From a virus (taxonomy: Duplodnaviria; Caudoviricetes), in the IMG/VR virus record IMGVR_UViG_3300035422_000089, positions 9,670-73,669 of that record: a stretch of 64,000 nucleotides of DNA. The stretch is one strand, 5' to 3'. Below the pieces are notes generated by a model. It saw only the letters and a list, made by a program, of their open reading frames with translations, did no database searches and was not told the origin of the DNA. Made by a program: the position numbers and the translations under genes. This document shows positions 38,262 through 48,600 of the stretch, piece after piece (within the stretch, counting starts at the first letter, position 1; every line of letters starts with the position of its first letter).

Positions 38262-40019
38262 TTGAGTTTTAAGATTGATGTACTTGGGAAAGTAAGATTT
38301 GGCAATGAACTTGAAGATATTTTAAAGTTGAAGGGAATAACAGATATTAACTCCTTCCTGAATCCAACAATTGAAAATACAGAAAGTGAGTTAAGATTTG
38401 ACAATATTGAAGCAGCAAGAGATATTCTTGTAAATCATATCTCAAATAACAGTGTTATAGATTTACTGGTTGACTGTGATTGTGATGGTTATACATCGGG
38501 TGCAAACATTTATCAATATATAAAGAGGATAAAACCATCAATAGAAATAAGATGTTTTATTCATAGAGGAAAGATACATGGTTTAAAAGATGTTGTAGAT
38601 TCTATGCTTTTAGACAATTCAAAATTGGTAATTATTCCAGATGCTGGTTCTGGGGATGTGGATGAATGTAAGAAACTAAAAGAAAGTGGAAAAGAAGTAA
38701 TTATTCTCGATCACCATAATATCAGGAATAATGATAACACTATCCCTAATAATTCAGCAGTTGTGGTAAATAATCAATATTCATCCAGAGTAACGGATAA
38801 AGCTATGACAGGAGTTGGTATTACATATAAGTTCACAAAATTATTGGATAAATATTATGGGGTTGATTATGCAGATGAGTATCTTGACGTAGTAGCACTT
38901 GGAATGATTGGGGACAGAGCAGATACTTTGAATTTACAAACAAGATATTTGATTCTAAAAGGGTTAGAACAAATTAAGAGCAAAATGAATAAGAATAAAC
39001 TGATTTCAGCTTTTGTAGATGCTCAAATGTATTCAATGAATAATAAGGTAACAATTAATGGATTGGGATTTTACGTCTGTCCTTTAATAAATTCTATGAT
39101 CCGACTCGGAGAATATGAAGATAAATGTTATATGTTTGAAGCATTATGCAATTCTGACAAAATGTTAGAAAGAAAAGTTAAGGGTAAGGGAATGGTCAAT
39201 ATGACTATTCAGGAATATGTATTAAAGGCATGTCAGTCCACAAACAGAAAACAGAAAAAAATTACAGAAGAAAGTGCAGATATATTATCTGAGGAGATTA
39301 AAAAATATGGAATGGATAAACTGCCAATTTTGGTATGTAATGCCAGAGATGATGTTGACAGTAATTCCACTGGATTAATTGCAAACAGATTAGCAGACCA
39401 ATATCAAAGACCATGTTTGTTAATGAGAAGAAAGGGAGATATATGTAAGGGAAGTGGACGAGGGTGTGATAAATGTGAAATCTTAGATTTTAACAAATGG
39501 TGCAAAGATACCGGATTATTTAATATGGTAGATGGACACCCAGGAGCATTTGGATGTGAAATATCTTTTGAAAACACCAATAAATTATTTCAACTGTTAT
39601 CAACTATGGATCGGATTGATGAGCCAACGTACCATGTTTACAACATATATGATGCAGATAAATTACATGACCAAATTATTAAAAATGTTGCTAAGTATGA
39701 TTATATATGGGGAAACACAGTACAGGAACCTATTTTTTTTATTAAAAATATTCCATGCAATAAATATAATTTAAATCTTATAGGATCAAAACAAAACAAA
39801 ATCGAATTTACATATCATAACATCAAGTTCACAAAACAAACAAAAGGGAGTTCATTAGCTGCATTATATAAAGAAATATTAAATGTAGGTGAGAATATAG
39901 AGTTTGATGTAGTTGGCAGATTTTCTATTGATATGAAATGCAATAAGACTCCGCAGGTATTAGTGGATGATTGGATTTATTATAAAAGTGATAAGATACA
40001 AGGTTTTGGATTTTGTTAA
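38262..40019 (+). CDS. recJ: RecJ-like DHH ssDNA exonuclease
   Basis: DCDCDG, ILDHH, GSGRG. Confidence 0.85.
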   Translation: MSFKIDVLGKVRFGNELEDILKLKGITDINSFLNPTIENTESELRFDNIEAARDILVNHISNNSVIDLLVDCDCDGYTSGANIYQYIKRIKPSIEIRCFIHRGKIHGLKDVVDSMLLDNSKLVIIPDAGSGDVDECKKLKESGKEVIILDHHNIRNNDNTIPNNSAVVVNNQYSSRVTDKAMTGVGITYKFTKLLDKYYGVDYADEYLDVVALGMIGDRADTLNLQTRYLILKGLEQIKSKMNKNKLISAFVDAQMYSMNNKVTINGLGFYVCPLINSMIRLGEYEDKCYMFEALCNSDKMLERKVKGKGMVNMTIQEYVLKACQSTNRKQKKITEESADILSEEIKKYGMDKLPILVCNARDDVDSNSTGLIANRLADQYQRPCLLMRRKGDICKGSGRGCDKCEILDFNKWCKDTGLFNMVDGHPGAFGCEISFENTNKLFQLLSTMDRIDEPTYHVYNIYDADKLHDQIIKNVAKYDYIWGNTVQEPIFFIKNIPCNKYNLNLIGSKQNKIEFTYHNIKFTKQTKGSSLAALYKEILNVGENIEFDVVGRFSIDMKCNKTPQVLVDDWIYYKSDKIQGFGFC

Positions 40020-40035
40020 TGGAGGTGAGTGATTA

Positions 40036-42615
40036 TTGATAGATAAAAATAAAATTTGGGGATATGACTTTGAGGTGTATTCAAAAATTAATTGGTGGTG
40101 TGTTACCTTTGTCAATTATTCAGATAGAAATAGTATCATTACCATCATTAATAATAGACAAGACCTTGTTGAGTTTTATGAAAAACACAAAAACGAGATT
40201 TTTGTTTCATATAACGGTAGGCAATATGATACAGGTATATTCAAAGCTATTTTAGATGGAATGAATGTTGGGTATATAAATGACAAGTTGATTAAGGAAG
40301 GTAAAAAACCATTTCAAGTAGTCAGAAACTCAAAGAATTATTCTTTAAATGACTATGATGCAATTTTGAAAGATAAGTCTTTAAAGCAGTTAGAAGCATT
40401 TATGGGAGATGATATTAGAGAAACTGAAGTAGATTTTAATATCGATCGACCATTAACAGAAAAAGAAATTGAGCAAACAAAATTTTACAATATTCATGAT
40501 GTTTTAGAGCTACTCAGGGTACTTGATGAATGTTGGGATGATTTTGAAGGTCAATTAGATATTATTGAACTTTATAATTTGGATATGTCTTACTTTACAA
40601 AGACAAAAGTACAATTAGCTGCAAAAATTCTCAATGCTGTTGATCAACACACAATGGATGATGAATTTGATATAAGGCTTCCGGAAACTATAAAATTATC
40701 GGATAAATACAAATTTATTCCAGAATGGTACATGAATCCTAAAAATTGGAGATATAAAGAACATCTTCGTTCTGAAGACAATCAACATAATAATCAGTTG
40801 TGTTGTATTGTTGCAGGTATTCCTCATGTATTTGCCTGGGGAGGATGTCATGGAGCAGATGATAAGGAATCTGTATTTGAAGGAATTATATTACACGCTG
40901 ATGTATCAAGTATGTATCCGACTACTGATATTGAATATAATCTTTTAAGTAGAAAATTTAAAAATCCTGACGATTTTAGAAAGATGAGAGATTTCAGGTT
41001 AAATTTAAAAGCGAAGGGAAATTCAAAAAATAAATCCTTGAAACCTATGATAAATGGTATTTATGGAGCATCAAAAGATAGAAATGGTGCGATTTACGAT
41101 CCATTAATGGCGAATCTTACTTGTATTTTTGGTCAGTTGTTTATATTAGATTTAATTGATAAGCTAGAACCTTATTGTAGATTATTGCAGACAAATACAG
41201 ATGGTATATTTGTTCTTTGCGAAAATGAACAAATGAAGAATAAAGTAATCGAAATTACAAATTCTGTAGGGAAAAGACTTAGAATGGAATTTGAAATTGA
41301 GGAATACACAAAACTTATTCAGAAAGACGTAAATAACTACATAGCTGTTATGAAAAATGGAAAACTTGAATGTAAAGGAGCAATGGTTAAGAAAAATAAT
41401 CCTATTGATAATGATTTACCAATTCTAAATGATGCCGTTAGAGATTATCTGGCAAATGGGAAACCAATAGAACAGACTATAAATGAGTGTAATGAACTAA
41501 TCAAGTTTCAGAAAATTATTAAATTATCATCAAAATATAAGGAAGTTTGGTATGGAACTGGTGTATATAGCAAGGTTGATGATGGAACTACAAAAGTTAC
41601 AAGTATTGAAGGTGATTTGTTAAAGGGTAAAGTACATAGAGTGTTTGCCAGCACGAGAGAAACAGATGGTTCTATTTATAAATTGAAAATAGAAAAAGGT
41701 GCTAGATCTTATGAAAAATTTGCCAATACTCCAGATAATTTATTCATTGATAATGAAGACATTCATAATAAAGAAATACCAGAATATTTGGATAGAAACT
41801 ATTACATTAAAGAGGCAAAAAAGAGAGTTGAAATGTTTCTAACGAAAGACAAAGATAAGGTTGATGAGACTCCAAATATTTTATTCAAATGCATGTGTGA
41901 AAGTAATGATTTTTACACATTCTTAGAGAAGTGTAAAGAGAGTGGAATTACAAAAAAAGTTTTGGAAGGATATTTGATTGCCGACTGCTGTAATAATTAT
42001 GGAAAAACAGATAAATTGTTAAGATTCAGGGATTATTTTGAATTGTTATATACAAAAGATAAAATAACAATTACTACCTTAAATAAGAAGTTTCAAGATG
42101 AAAATGTTAAAAATATCATTATTAAAAATGCTGAGTTGACAAAGAGTGGTAAGTCTTATAACAATCTTAATTCTAAGAAAATATTATTTGAAATTTTTGA
42201 TTATCTTGAAGATAAACATATTAATCCTTATTCAATAATGAAAACTCAGGTGGAGAAATTTAATGAAGTAAGATTTAAAGATGATGAACTAAATGATAAT
42301 AGATGGTTCGTATTAAACACTCGTAATGTTATTGCGCCAAATCTAATTTTATATAATATGAAAACTGGTGAAATTCAATATAGAAAAATAAGAAAAGAAA
42401 TATTTAAAATTTTACCATTACAGGATGGTGACATTATTGATGTAATTGGTTCAGAAAAGGAATTTGCTAAAAAAATTATAGGTAAAGATAATAATGGGAT
42501 CAATATTGTTGCTGCGGATATTGATAAAGAGCTGGATGTAATTACGCAATATGATTTGGTTTATAGGGATTACAGTAAAGGAAAGTCACTGATAGAGAAT
42601 TGTGAGGTGTGTTAG
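40036..42615 (+). CDS. Family-B DNA polymerase with extra about 250-aa C-terminal region
   Basis: YDFE exonuclease I, DVSSMYP, KPMINGIYG, NTDG. Confidence 0.8.
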   Translation: MIDKNKIWGYDFEVYSKINWWCVTFVNYSDRNSIITIINNRQDLVEFYEKHKNEIFVSYNGRQYDTGIFKAILDGMNVGYINDKLIKEGKKPFQVVRNSKNYSLNDYDAILKDKSLKQLEAFMGDDIRETEVDFNIDRPLTEKEIEQTKFYNIHDVLELLRVLDECWDDFEGQLDIIELYNLDMSYFTKTKVQLAAKILNAVDQHTMDDEFDIRLPETIKLSDKYKFIPEWYMNPKNWRYKEHLRSEDNQHNNQLCCIVAGIPHVFAWGGCHGADDKESVFEGIILHADVSSMYPTTDIEYNLLSRKFKNPDDFRKMRDFRLNLKAKGNSKNKSLKPMINGIYGASKDRNGAIYDPLMANLTCIFGQLFILDLIDKLEPYCRLLQTNTDGIFVLCENEQMKNKVIEITNSVGKRLRMEFEIEEYTKLIQKDVNNYIAVMKNGKLECKGAMVKKNNPIDNDLPILNDAVRDYLANGKPIEQTINECNELIKFQKIIKLSSKYKEVWYGTGVYSKVDDGTTKVTSIEGDLLKGKVHRVFASTRETDGSIYKLKIEKGARSYEKFANTPDNLFIDNEDIHNKEIPEYLDRNYYIKEAKKRVEMFLTKDKDKVDETPNILFKCMCESNDFYTFLEKCKESGITKKVLEGYLIADCCNNYGKTDKLLRFRDYFELLYTKDKITITTLNKKFQDENVKNIIIKNAELTKSGKSYNNLNSKKILFEIFDYLEDKHINPYSIMKTQVEKFNEVRFKDDELNDNRWFVLNTRNVIAPNLILYNMKTGEIQYRKIRKEIFKILPLQDGDIIDVIGSEKEFAKKIIGKDNNGINIVAADIDKELDVITQYDLVYRDYSKGKSLIENCEVC

Positions 42616-44960
42616 TGGAAGAAGAAAGAATTATAAAAATTGAAGGTACTCTGGATAGAATTTATTATCCAAAGTATGCAAAAAAAGTTGATTCAGGAGA
42701 ATTTGCAATTTTTAGGGTTTTCATTACAAAAAGATTAGAAAATTGCGATGATGAAATAGAAGATATAAATGTAAAAGGAAATGTATGTACTTTAGAATAT
42801 GGAACTACTTATAAAATATTTGCTAAATTGGCTGAGACACATGAGATTTACGGGAATACATATGATTTAGTTTATATAAGTAAATGCATAGACATATCCA
42901 GTAAAGATAAGCAGAAGGAATTTTTAAAGAATGTGCTGAATGAAAATCTGGTAGAAAAATTATTTGATGAATATGATGATGTTATCAAATTATTAGAGGA
43001 AAGAGATGTTAAATCCCTTATGAAAATAAAGGGAATAGGAAATCAGGTAGCTTTAAAGATGATTGATGAATATGAGGAATCTAAAGATTACAGTGCAATT
43101 TATATGGAACTTGGACAACTTGGATTGACTCACACATTCATTAAAAAACTTGTAGACTTCTATCATTCGCCAGATACAGTAATTGATGTTGTTAGAAACA
43201 ATCCTTATGATCTTGTCCGTGTGGATGGGGTTGGTTTTAAGAAAGCTGATGAGGTTGCTTGCAAAGTTGGTATTGGACAGTATGATATTTGCAGAATAAA
43301 AGGATTTCTTTTACATCATTTGAATGAACAAGGAGAAGCGGGGAAGAGCTATCTGAATTATCAAGAATTGATGAAAGCACTATATGATACGTTGGGTTTT
43401 GTTCCTGAAGAAGTAATTAACGCAACAGCAAAACAGATGATTGAAAATGAGGATGTAGTAGTTCTGGATAATGGATCAAAGATTGCACTAAAACGATTTT
43501 ATGATTTAGAGAAAAATATAATGAATGAATTACTTAGATTACAGATAGGTAAAATCAAAATCATAGAAGAGAATAGTGAGAATGATGAGGAGTCAGAGCT
43601 ACATAGTGATTATATACCAAAGTCATTCAATATTGGCAATTGGGAAACTGTAGTTAAACGAGTAGAAGAAAAGCAAGGATTTACATTCACAGAGGAACAG
43701 CGGAGTGCTATTAAATTGAGTTTGGATAATCATGTTATGGCTTTAACTGGTTTAGCAGGAGCAGGTAAAACAAGTACCGCTAATGGAATATGCTCATTGT
43801 ATGATGATTACAATATTTTAGCTTGTGCATTATCTGGAAAAGCGAGTGTAAGAATTACAGAGGCAACAGGACTACCGGCAAGTACAATTCATAGAGCTTT
43901 GGGTTATCAAAATGGAAAGTTTATGTTTAATAAGGACAACAAATTAGCAGTAGATATAGTTCTTATCGACGAAGCAACTATGATAAATGGAACACTATTT
44001 TTATCTCTGTTAGAATCTATTCCTACGGGTGCAAAAGTGATTATTATGGGAGATGTGCAACAGTTGACTCCGATTGGTAATTGCCAGGTGTTTGCTGATA
44101 TTTTAGACAGTAACGTATTACCAGTAGTTAAACTGACAAAACCGCATAGGCAAGCTCTAATGAGCGGTATTATTCCAACTTCGATTAAAGTAGCAAATCA
44201 GGAACAAATTTTCGCAAATAGTTTTGAAGGAAATGAAATTCTTGGTGAACTTAAAGATATGGAACTTGATGTTACAGGGAATAAAGAATCAAGAACAGAT
44301 AGTATTATTTCACATTTCCAGACAGAAATGGATAAATACCATGACATTATAGAGGTTCAAGTATGTGTTCCGATGAGATTAAAGGGAGAATTATCTTGCT
44401 ATAATTTGAACACAAAAATACAAGATATTTATAATCCCAAATTTGCTGACGGTAATGAAATTGAAATACTTTTGGAGAAGAAAAATGAAGATGTTAAAAA
44501 ATATCACATCAGAGTTGGTGATAAAGTCTTAAATACAAAAAATAATTACAAATGCACTAATACAGACGGAGATACAACTCCTGTATTCAATGGAAATATC
44601 GGCATTGTAAAAGAAATTGAAGATAATGGTTACTGTACAATAGATTTTGTTGGAATTGGGGAGGTTGTATTTAGTAAGACCGATTCTAAAAATCTTGAAT
44701 TGGCTTATGCGTGTACTGTTCATAAAATGCAAGGAAGTGGTTTCACATCTACTATTGTTGGAATGGACACAGGAAGTTATATAATGAATAATTCAGAATT
44801 ACTTTATACAGCAATAACCAGAGCTAAAAAGTATTGTGTATTAGTTGGTAATAATTATGCTATTTCAAAGGCGATACAGACAAAAGAAGTTAAAACCAAA
44901 CAGACATTTTTAAGAGATATGTTGTTAGAGAATAGTTATAAATTGAAAGAGGTTGCATAG
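42609..44960 (+). CDS. recD2: RecD2-like SF1B helicase
   Basis: HhH repeats, GLAGAGKT, IDEATM, GDVQQL, TVHKMQGS, YTAITRA. Confidence 0.9.
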   Translation: MLVEEERIIKIEGTLDRIYYPKYAKKVDSGEFAIFRVFITKRLENCDDEIEDINVKGNVCTLEYGTTYKIFAKLAETHEIYGNTYDLVYISKCIDISSKDKQKEFLKNVLNENLVEKLFDEYDDVIKLLEERDVKSLMKIKGIGNQVALKMIDEYEESKDYSAIYMELGQLGLTHTFIKKLVDFYHSPDTVIDVVRNNPYDLVRVDGVGFKKADEVACKVGIGQYDICRIKGFLLHHLNEQGEAGKSYLNYQELMKALYDTLGFVPEEVINATAKQMIENEDVVVLDNGSKIALKRFYDLEKNIMNELLRLQIGKIKIIEENSENDEESELHSDYIPKSFNIGNWETVVKRVEEKQGFTFTEEQRSAIKLSLDNHVMALTGLAGAGKTSTANGICSLYDDYNILACALSGKASVRITEATGLPASTIHRALGYQNGKFMFNKDNKLAVDIVLIDEATMINGTLFLSLLESIPTGAKVIIMGDVQQLTPIGNCQVFADILDSNVLPVVKLTKPHRQALMSGIIPTSIKVANQEQIFANSFEGNEILGELKDMELDVTGNKESRTDSIISHFQTEMDKYHDIIEVQVCVPMRLKGELSCYNLNTKIQDIYNPKFADGNEIEILLEKKNEDVKKYHIRVGDKVLNTKNNYKCTNTDGDTTPVFNGNIGIVKEIEDNGYCTIDFVGIGEVVFSKTDSKNLELAYACTVHKMQGSGFTSTIVGMDTGSYIMNNSELLYTAITRAKKYCVLVGNNYAISKAIQTKEVKTKQTFLRDMLLENSYKLKEVA

Positions 44961-44971
44961 GAGGATGATAA

Positions 44972-45496
44972 ATGGCAGCATTATATGAATTAACAGGTGA
45001 GTTCCTTCAGCTTATGGATATGTTGGAGGACGAAGAGTGTGATGAGCAGTGTATCATGGATACACTTGAATCTGTAGAATATGAGATTGAAGATAAGGCT
45101 GATGGATATGCAAAGATTATTAAATCATTGGAGTCTAATGTAGATGGTTTATCAAAAGAAGCCGATAGGCTGATAACACGAAAGAAGACATATGAAAATA
45201 GGATTAAATGGTTGAAACAGAATCTTGAAATGTGTATGAGAGCTACTGGGAAGAGAAAATTCACAACAGATTTGTTTTCGTTCAATATTCAGAAGAATGG
45301 TGGAAAGAGAAAACTTGTAGTTGATGTAGATGTAGAAAAAGTACCAGAGAAATATAGGATTAAGCAGCCAGACGCTATTGATGGAGAATCTATAAGAGAA
45401 TATTTAAAAGAAAATGGTTTGGAAGGACAGGACGGCTCACTTAATTGTGAATTTGCACATTTAGAGCCACAGGGAGAGAGTTTGAGAATTAGATAG
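44972..45496 (+). CDS. Siphovirus Gp157-family protein
   Basis: LYELTG...DTLES...EDKADGYAKII...FSFNIQKN pattern. Confidence 0.85.
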   Translation: MAALYELTGEFLQLMDMLEDEECDEQCIMDTLESVEYEIEDKADGYAKIIKSLESNVDGLSKEADRLITRKKTYENRIKWLKQNLEMCMRATGKRKFTTDLFSFNIQKNGGKRKLVVDVDVEKVPEKYRIKQPDAIDGESIREYLKENGLEGQDGSLNCEFAHLEPQGESLRIR

Positions 45497-45508
45497 CATA
45501 AAAACAGT

Positions 45509-45550
45509 CTATATATAGTGGTTTGCAAAATTAAAGACCACCATATATAG
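45509..45550. promoter_or_regulatory. Tandem NrdR-box-like pair / inverted repeat
   Basis: CTATATATAG (45509) and CCATATATAG (45541), 32 bp apart. Confidence 0.55.
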
Positions 45551-45597
45551 GCTAAAAATGGCAATGAAATAGGACTTTTAAGTTATTCGAGTTCGTA

Positions 45598-46539
45598 TTA
45601 TAACATATTTTTTGATTCAAGTACAATGTAAAATTTATCACCATTTTTTGTTGTTTTAAAGGTAATACCCTCACTACTTATTAAATGTGCCTCCGTGATT
45701 AAGTCGTATGCTTCTAATAATTTTAATATTTTGGTATATGCAAATGAAAAATATGTATAACCTGCCCCTTCATATACAGCCAATGAAGAATAATTTGAAA
45801 TAAAAAAATCTAAAGCATTAACTGTGATTTCGTTATATTTATAATTTATTTTATATGTTTTGCTTTGTAAAACAAGATATAGCTCATCAAATGAATAATC
45901 ACCTATTTTGTTTAAATTTTTTGTACTTAGCTGATCTTGTAATTTTTGAATTTGTTTATTAAGTAAGTTATTTTCTTTGATTAAAGAGTTATTGTCTTTT
46001 AATAACTGTATATTATCATTTTCTTTATTATTTCGTACCCAGCCTGTGAGATGGTATTCATTTGTAAATTCATTGAGTGTTGAATGTATAGTGATTTTAA
46101 TATCTTTGCAATCATCAACAATACGAATAATCTTTGACATAACTAATAATTTAAAAGATTGATATTTGTCTGGTGTCTTTTGTTCCATAACATCGGATAG
46201 ACCAAGTAAATTTATTTTATTAGTTAAAAATGCTTCACTTAATACAACAGCGAAAACAGGTATATTTTTAGATAATGCATATTCATATTCAAGCTGTGTA
46301 TAACTTTTCCCAGAATTAGTTTCAATAGAGCCATAACGTCCACCGAGAATAAGCATATAAACATCAGATTCATCAATCCATTTATATATTGTCTTTAATT
46401 GAGACTCATTTCCAGCCTTAAATAATTCCATACCGGCAGGAATATGACCAGCATCAAGAATTGCCTGTACGGCTGCTTGACGTTCTTCAATGAGATCAGT
46501 ATATGTAGATGAAACAAAGACTTGTAACTTTTTATTCAT
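45598..46539 (-). CDS. DUF4062 domain protein (inverted moron, candidate defence gene)
   Basis: QVFVSSTYTDL.EER, AGMELF, ILGGRYGS; coiled coil; only large minus-strand gene. Confidence 0.85.
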   Translation of the reverse strand: MNKKLQVFVSSTYTDLIEERQAAVQAILDAGHIPAGMELFKAGNESQLKTIYKWIDESDVYMLILGGRYGSIETNSGKSYTQLEYEYALSKNIPVFAVVLSEAFLTNKINLLGLSDVMEQKTPDKYQSFKLLVMSKIIRIVDDCKDIKITIHSTLNEFTNEYHLTGWVRNNKENDNIQLLKDNNSLIKENNLLNKQIQKLQDQLSTKNLNKIGDYSFDELYLVLQSKTYKINYKYNEITVNALDFFISNYSSLAVYEGAGYTYFSFAYTKILKLLEAYDLITEAHLISSEGITFKTTKNGDKFYIVLESKNML

Positions 46540-46571
46540 TAGTATATATCCCCTTTAAATATAATAGGTAA

Positions 46572-46600
46572 ATTATACCACAAATACAGAATATAGTAAA
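46572..46600 (-). promoter_or_regulatory. sigmaA promoter of DUF4062 gene
   Basis: Minus strand TTTACT-17 bp-TGgTATAAT. Confidence 0.65.
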
Positions 46601-46626
46601 TATGAGAACAGTTGATTGTATAATGA

Positions 46627-46998
46627 ATGAAGGTGATAACCATAAGAAAAATAGAACAAATAACACCACTAAAAATAGGATTCATAGGATATAACTCACA
46701 ACTTACACAAGATGGGCTGAGAAAATTTGCAAACAATAATGAAGAAGATGTAGAAATATTTAAATATAGGAAAAGCTACATACGTTTGAAAGACGGAACA
46801 GAAATGGTTGGTTTATATGAAAATAGAGGAGATGGTTTAAGAGGTCATAGATTTGATCAACTTATTCTATTTGATGATGAAAGATGGATGATTAAGTGGG
46901 ATAGGTATAATTTTATTAAAACAGTAATTGAAAAATGTATGCGTTGGTATAGTTGTGTGCCAGAAGAGTTTCAAGTTTTAGAATATGAGGATATATAA
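46627..46998 (+). CDS. Hypothetical protein
   Basis: 123-aa ORF. Confidence 0.65.
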   Translation: MKVITIRKIEQITPLKIGFIGYNSQLTQDGLRKFANNNEEDVEIFKYRKSYIRLKDGTEMVGLYENRGDGLRGHRFDQLILFDDERWMIKWDRYNFIKTVIEKCMRWYSCVPEEFQVLEYEDI

Positions 46999-47024
46999 GG
47001 AAAAAATAAGAGATAAAGGAGAAC

Positions 47025-47264
47025 GTGATGGGCGAAAATCACTATGTATTAGAATATGATTTCCATATGTATACGATTAATATGGAATGCAAAAGTGTAG
47101 AACGGAAACGACTTTATTTTGATAAAGTAGAAGAATTATTGGAAGAGTATCGAAAGAAAAAAGATGCATTGTTTATGGGATGTATTAAATACAATGATAA
47201 TTTTAAAATCTATAAAGCGATTTTTGAAGAAATAGATATAAAGGGAATTGACATACTTATGTAA
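47025..47264 (+). CDS. Hypothetical protein
   Basis: 79-aa ORF. Confidence 0.65.
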   Translation: MMGENHYVLEYDFHMYTINMECKSVERKRLYFDKVEELLEEYRKKKDALFMGCIKYNDNFKIYKAIFEEIDIKGIDILM

Positions 47265-47309
47265 AAGAAACAATGAAAGATAGGTTTTATTTAAGTAGGG
47301 AGGTAAATT

Positions 47310-47519
47310 GTGGATGTAATTAAGTTTTTAGTTACTAGACCAGATGATACAGTATTAGTTTATTTAATGAAAAACAAATCTGATAATACATATTCGTATG
47401 TAAATATAACAAAATGGCACATATGTCCATGTAAATTTCAATCTATTCAAGAAGCTATTAAGGATATGGATAAATTACTAGAAGAAGGAAAAATTGTGAG
47501 ATATGAATTTACAAATTAG
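47310..47519 (+). CDS. Hypothetical protein
   Basis: 69-aa ORF, GGAGG SD. Confidence 0.7.
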   Translation: MDVIKFLVTRPDDTVLVYLMKNKSDNTYSYVNITKWHICPCKFQSIQEAIKDMDKLLEEGKIVRYEFTN

Positions 47520-47553
47520 ATTATTCATTTGGTTACTTGGAGGTAATTAAAAT

Positions 47554-47946
47554 TTGGAAGTTTTAGCAAAGACAGAATATCAAGATTTATATAGAGTGAC
47601 AGATGGTGTACTTTTAGTAGTGAATAAATTTGTTCCTATCGAATATGAAAACGAAAAATATTTTACTGTACATAGAAGAGGAGTTAAACAAGGCAAATAT
47701 AGTAAAGGATGCCAAGATTGGCTCAAAGTCTTAAAGGAAGATTACTATGATGAATACAAAAATATAATGGTTCCCAAAGGCACAGTTACATATATAGATA
47801 GACCTATAATTCCAACGAATAATCAATCAGATTGGAAATATGAGGTTAAGACAACAGGTAGTGCTTTAAGTGGAGATTTTGACACGATTGAGATGCTGCT
47901 TAGTTCTATTTTATACACGATCAGGACAGGAGAGATAGGAAAATGA
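47554..47946 (+). CDS. Hypothetical protein
   Basis: 130-aa ORF. Confidence 0.7.
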   Translation: MEVLAKTEYQDLYRVTDGVLLVVNKFVPIEYENEKYFTVHRRGVKQGKYSKGCQDWLKVLKEDYYDEYKNIMVPKGTVTYIDRPIIPTNNQSDWKYEVKTTGSALSGDFDTIEMLLSSILYTIRTGEIGK

Positions 47947-48296
47947 AATTACTTGAGATATGGGAAAGAATAGGTAAGCAGCCATTGCAGATTACACGTA
48001 GAAAAGATGCCATAGTATTTATTGGAGATTCTGAATATAGAATTAAAAATATCAGATATGATTGTGGTCAATTTATTGGTTTTGAGGCAGAACTAAAAGA
48101 ACAAGTAGAATGGATAAATAAGGAAATCAAACCTAAAGAAGATACATGGATAATTGTCAAAGATAAGGATGGTAAAGAATATAGAAACCATCAGTGGACA
48201 GGTCATGCTTGGTATGATTTCGTAATAGGGAAAGATAGTTGTGATGGATGGAGGAGTGACGTAGATATAGTAAGTTGGAAATATCAGGAGGATTAA
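47943..48296 (+). CDS. Hypothetical protein with DUF551-like C-terminus
   Basis: WINKEIKP...DIVSWKY. Confidence 0.65.
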   Translation: MKLLEIWERIGKQPLQITRRKDAIVFIGDSEYRIKNIRYDCGQFIGFEAELKEQVEWINKEIKPKEDTWIIVKDKDGKEYRNHQWTGHAWYDFVIGKDSCDGWRSDVDIVSWKYQED

Positions 48297-48300
48297 TCGA

Positions 48301-48567
48301 ATGGCAGGAACATTAAAAGAGATTACAGAAAATTATGAGAAATTACATAGATTACAGATGATAGAAACGATTTTAGATAAAACGCATAGTTATGTTCATG
48401 ATGTAGTTAGCAGAGTGGAAGACGAATTCGATGATTGTGTAGATTTTGAGGATTATATTACAGAGAGCGTGATAAAGAGCACTAAAGAAAATCTTGCTAC
48501 ATTAGGAAAATATTTAGGTTGTAGATCGTATGCTGATTTAATAAGTGATGTAATGCATAAACAGTAA
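48301..48567 (+). CDS. Hypothetical protein
   Basis: 88-aa ORF. Confidence 0.7.
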   Translation: MAGTLKEITENYEKLHRLQMIETILDKTHSYVHDVVSRVEDEFDDCVDFEDYITESVIKSTKENLATLGKYLGCRSYADLISDVMHKQ

Positions 48568-48600
48568 GGCAATAAAACGCTCGTTTTAAGACCTATAAGA

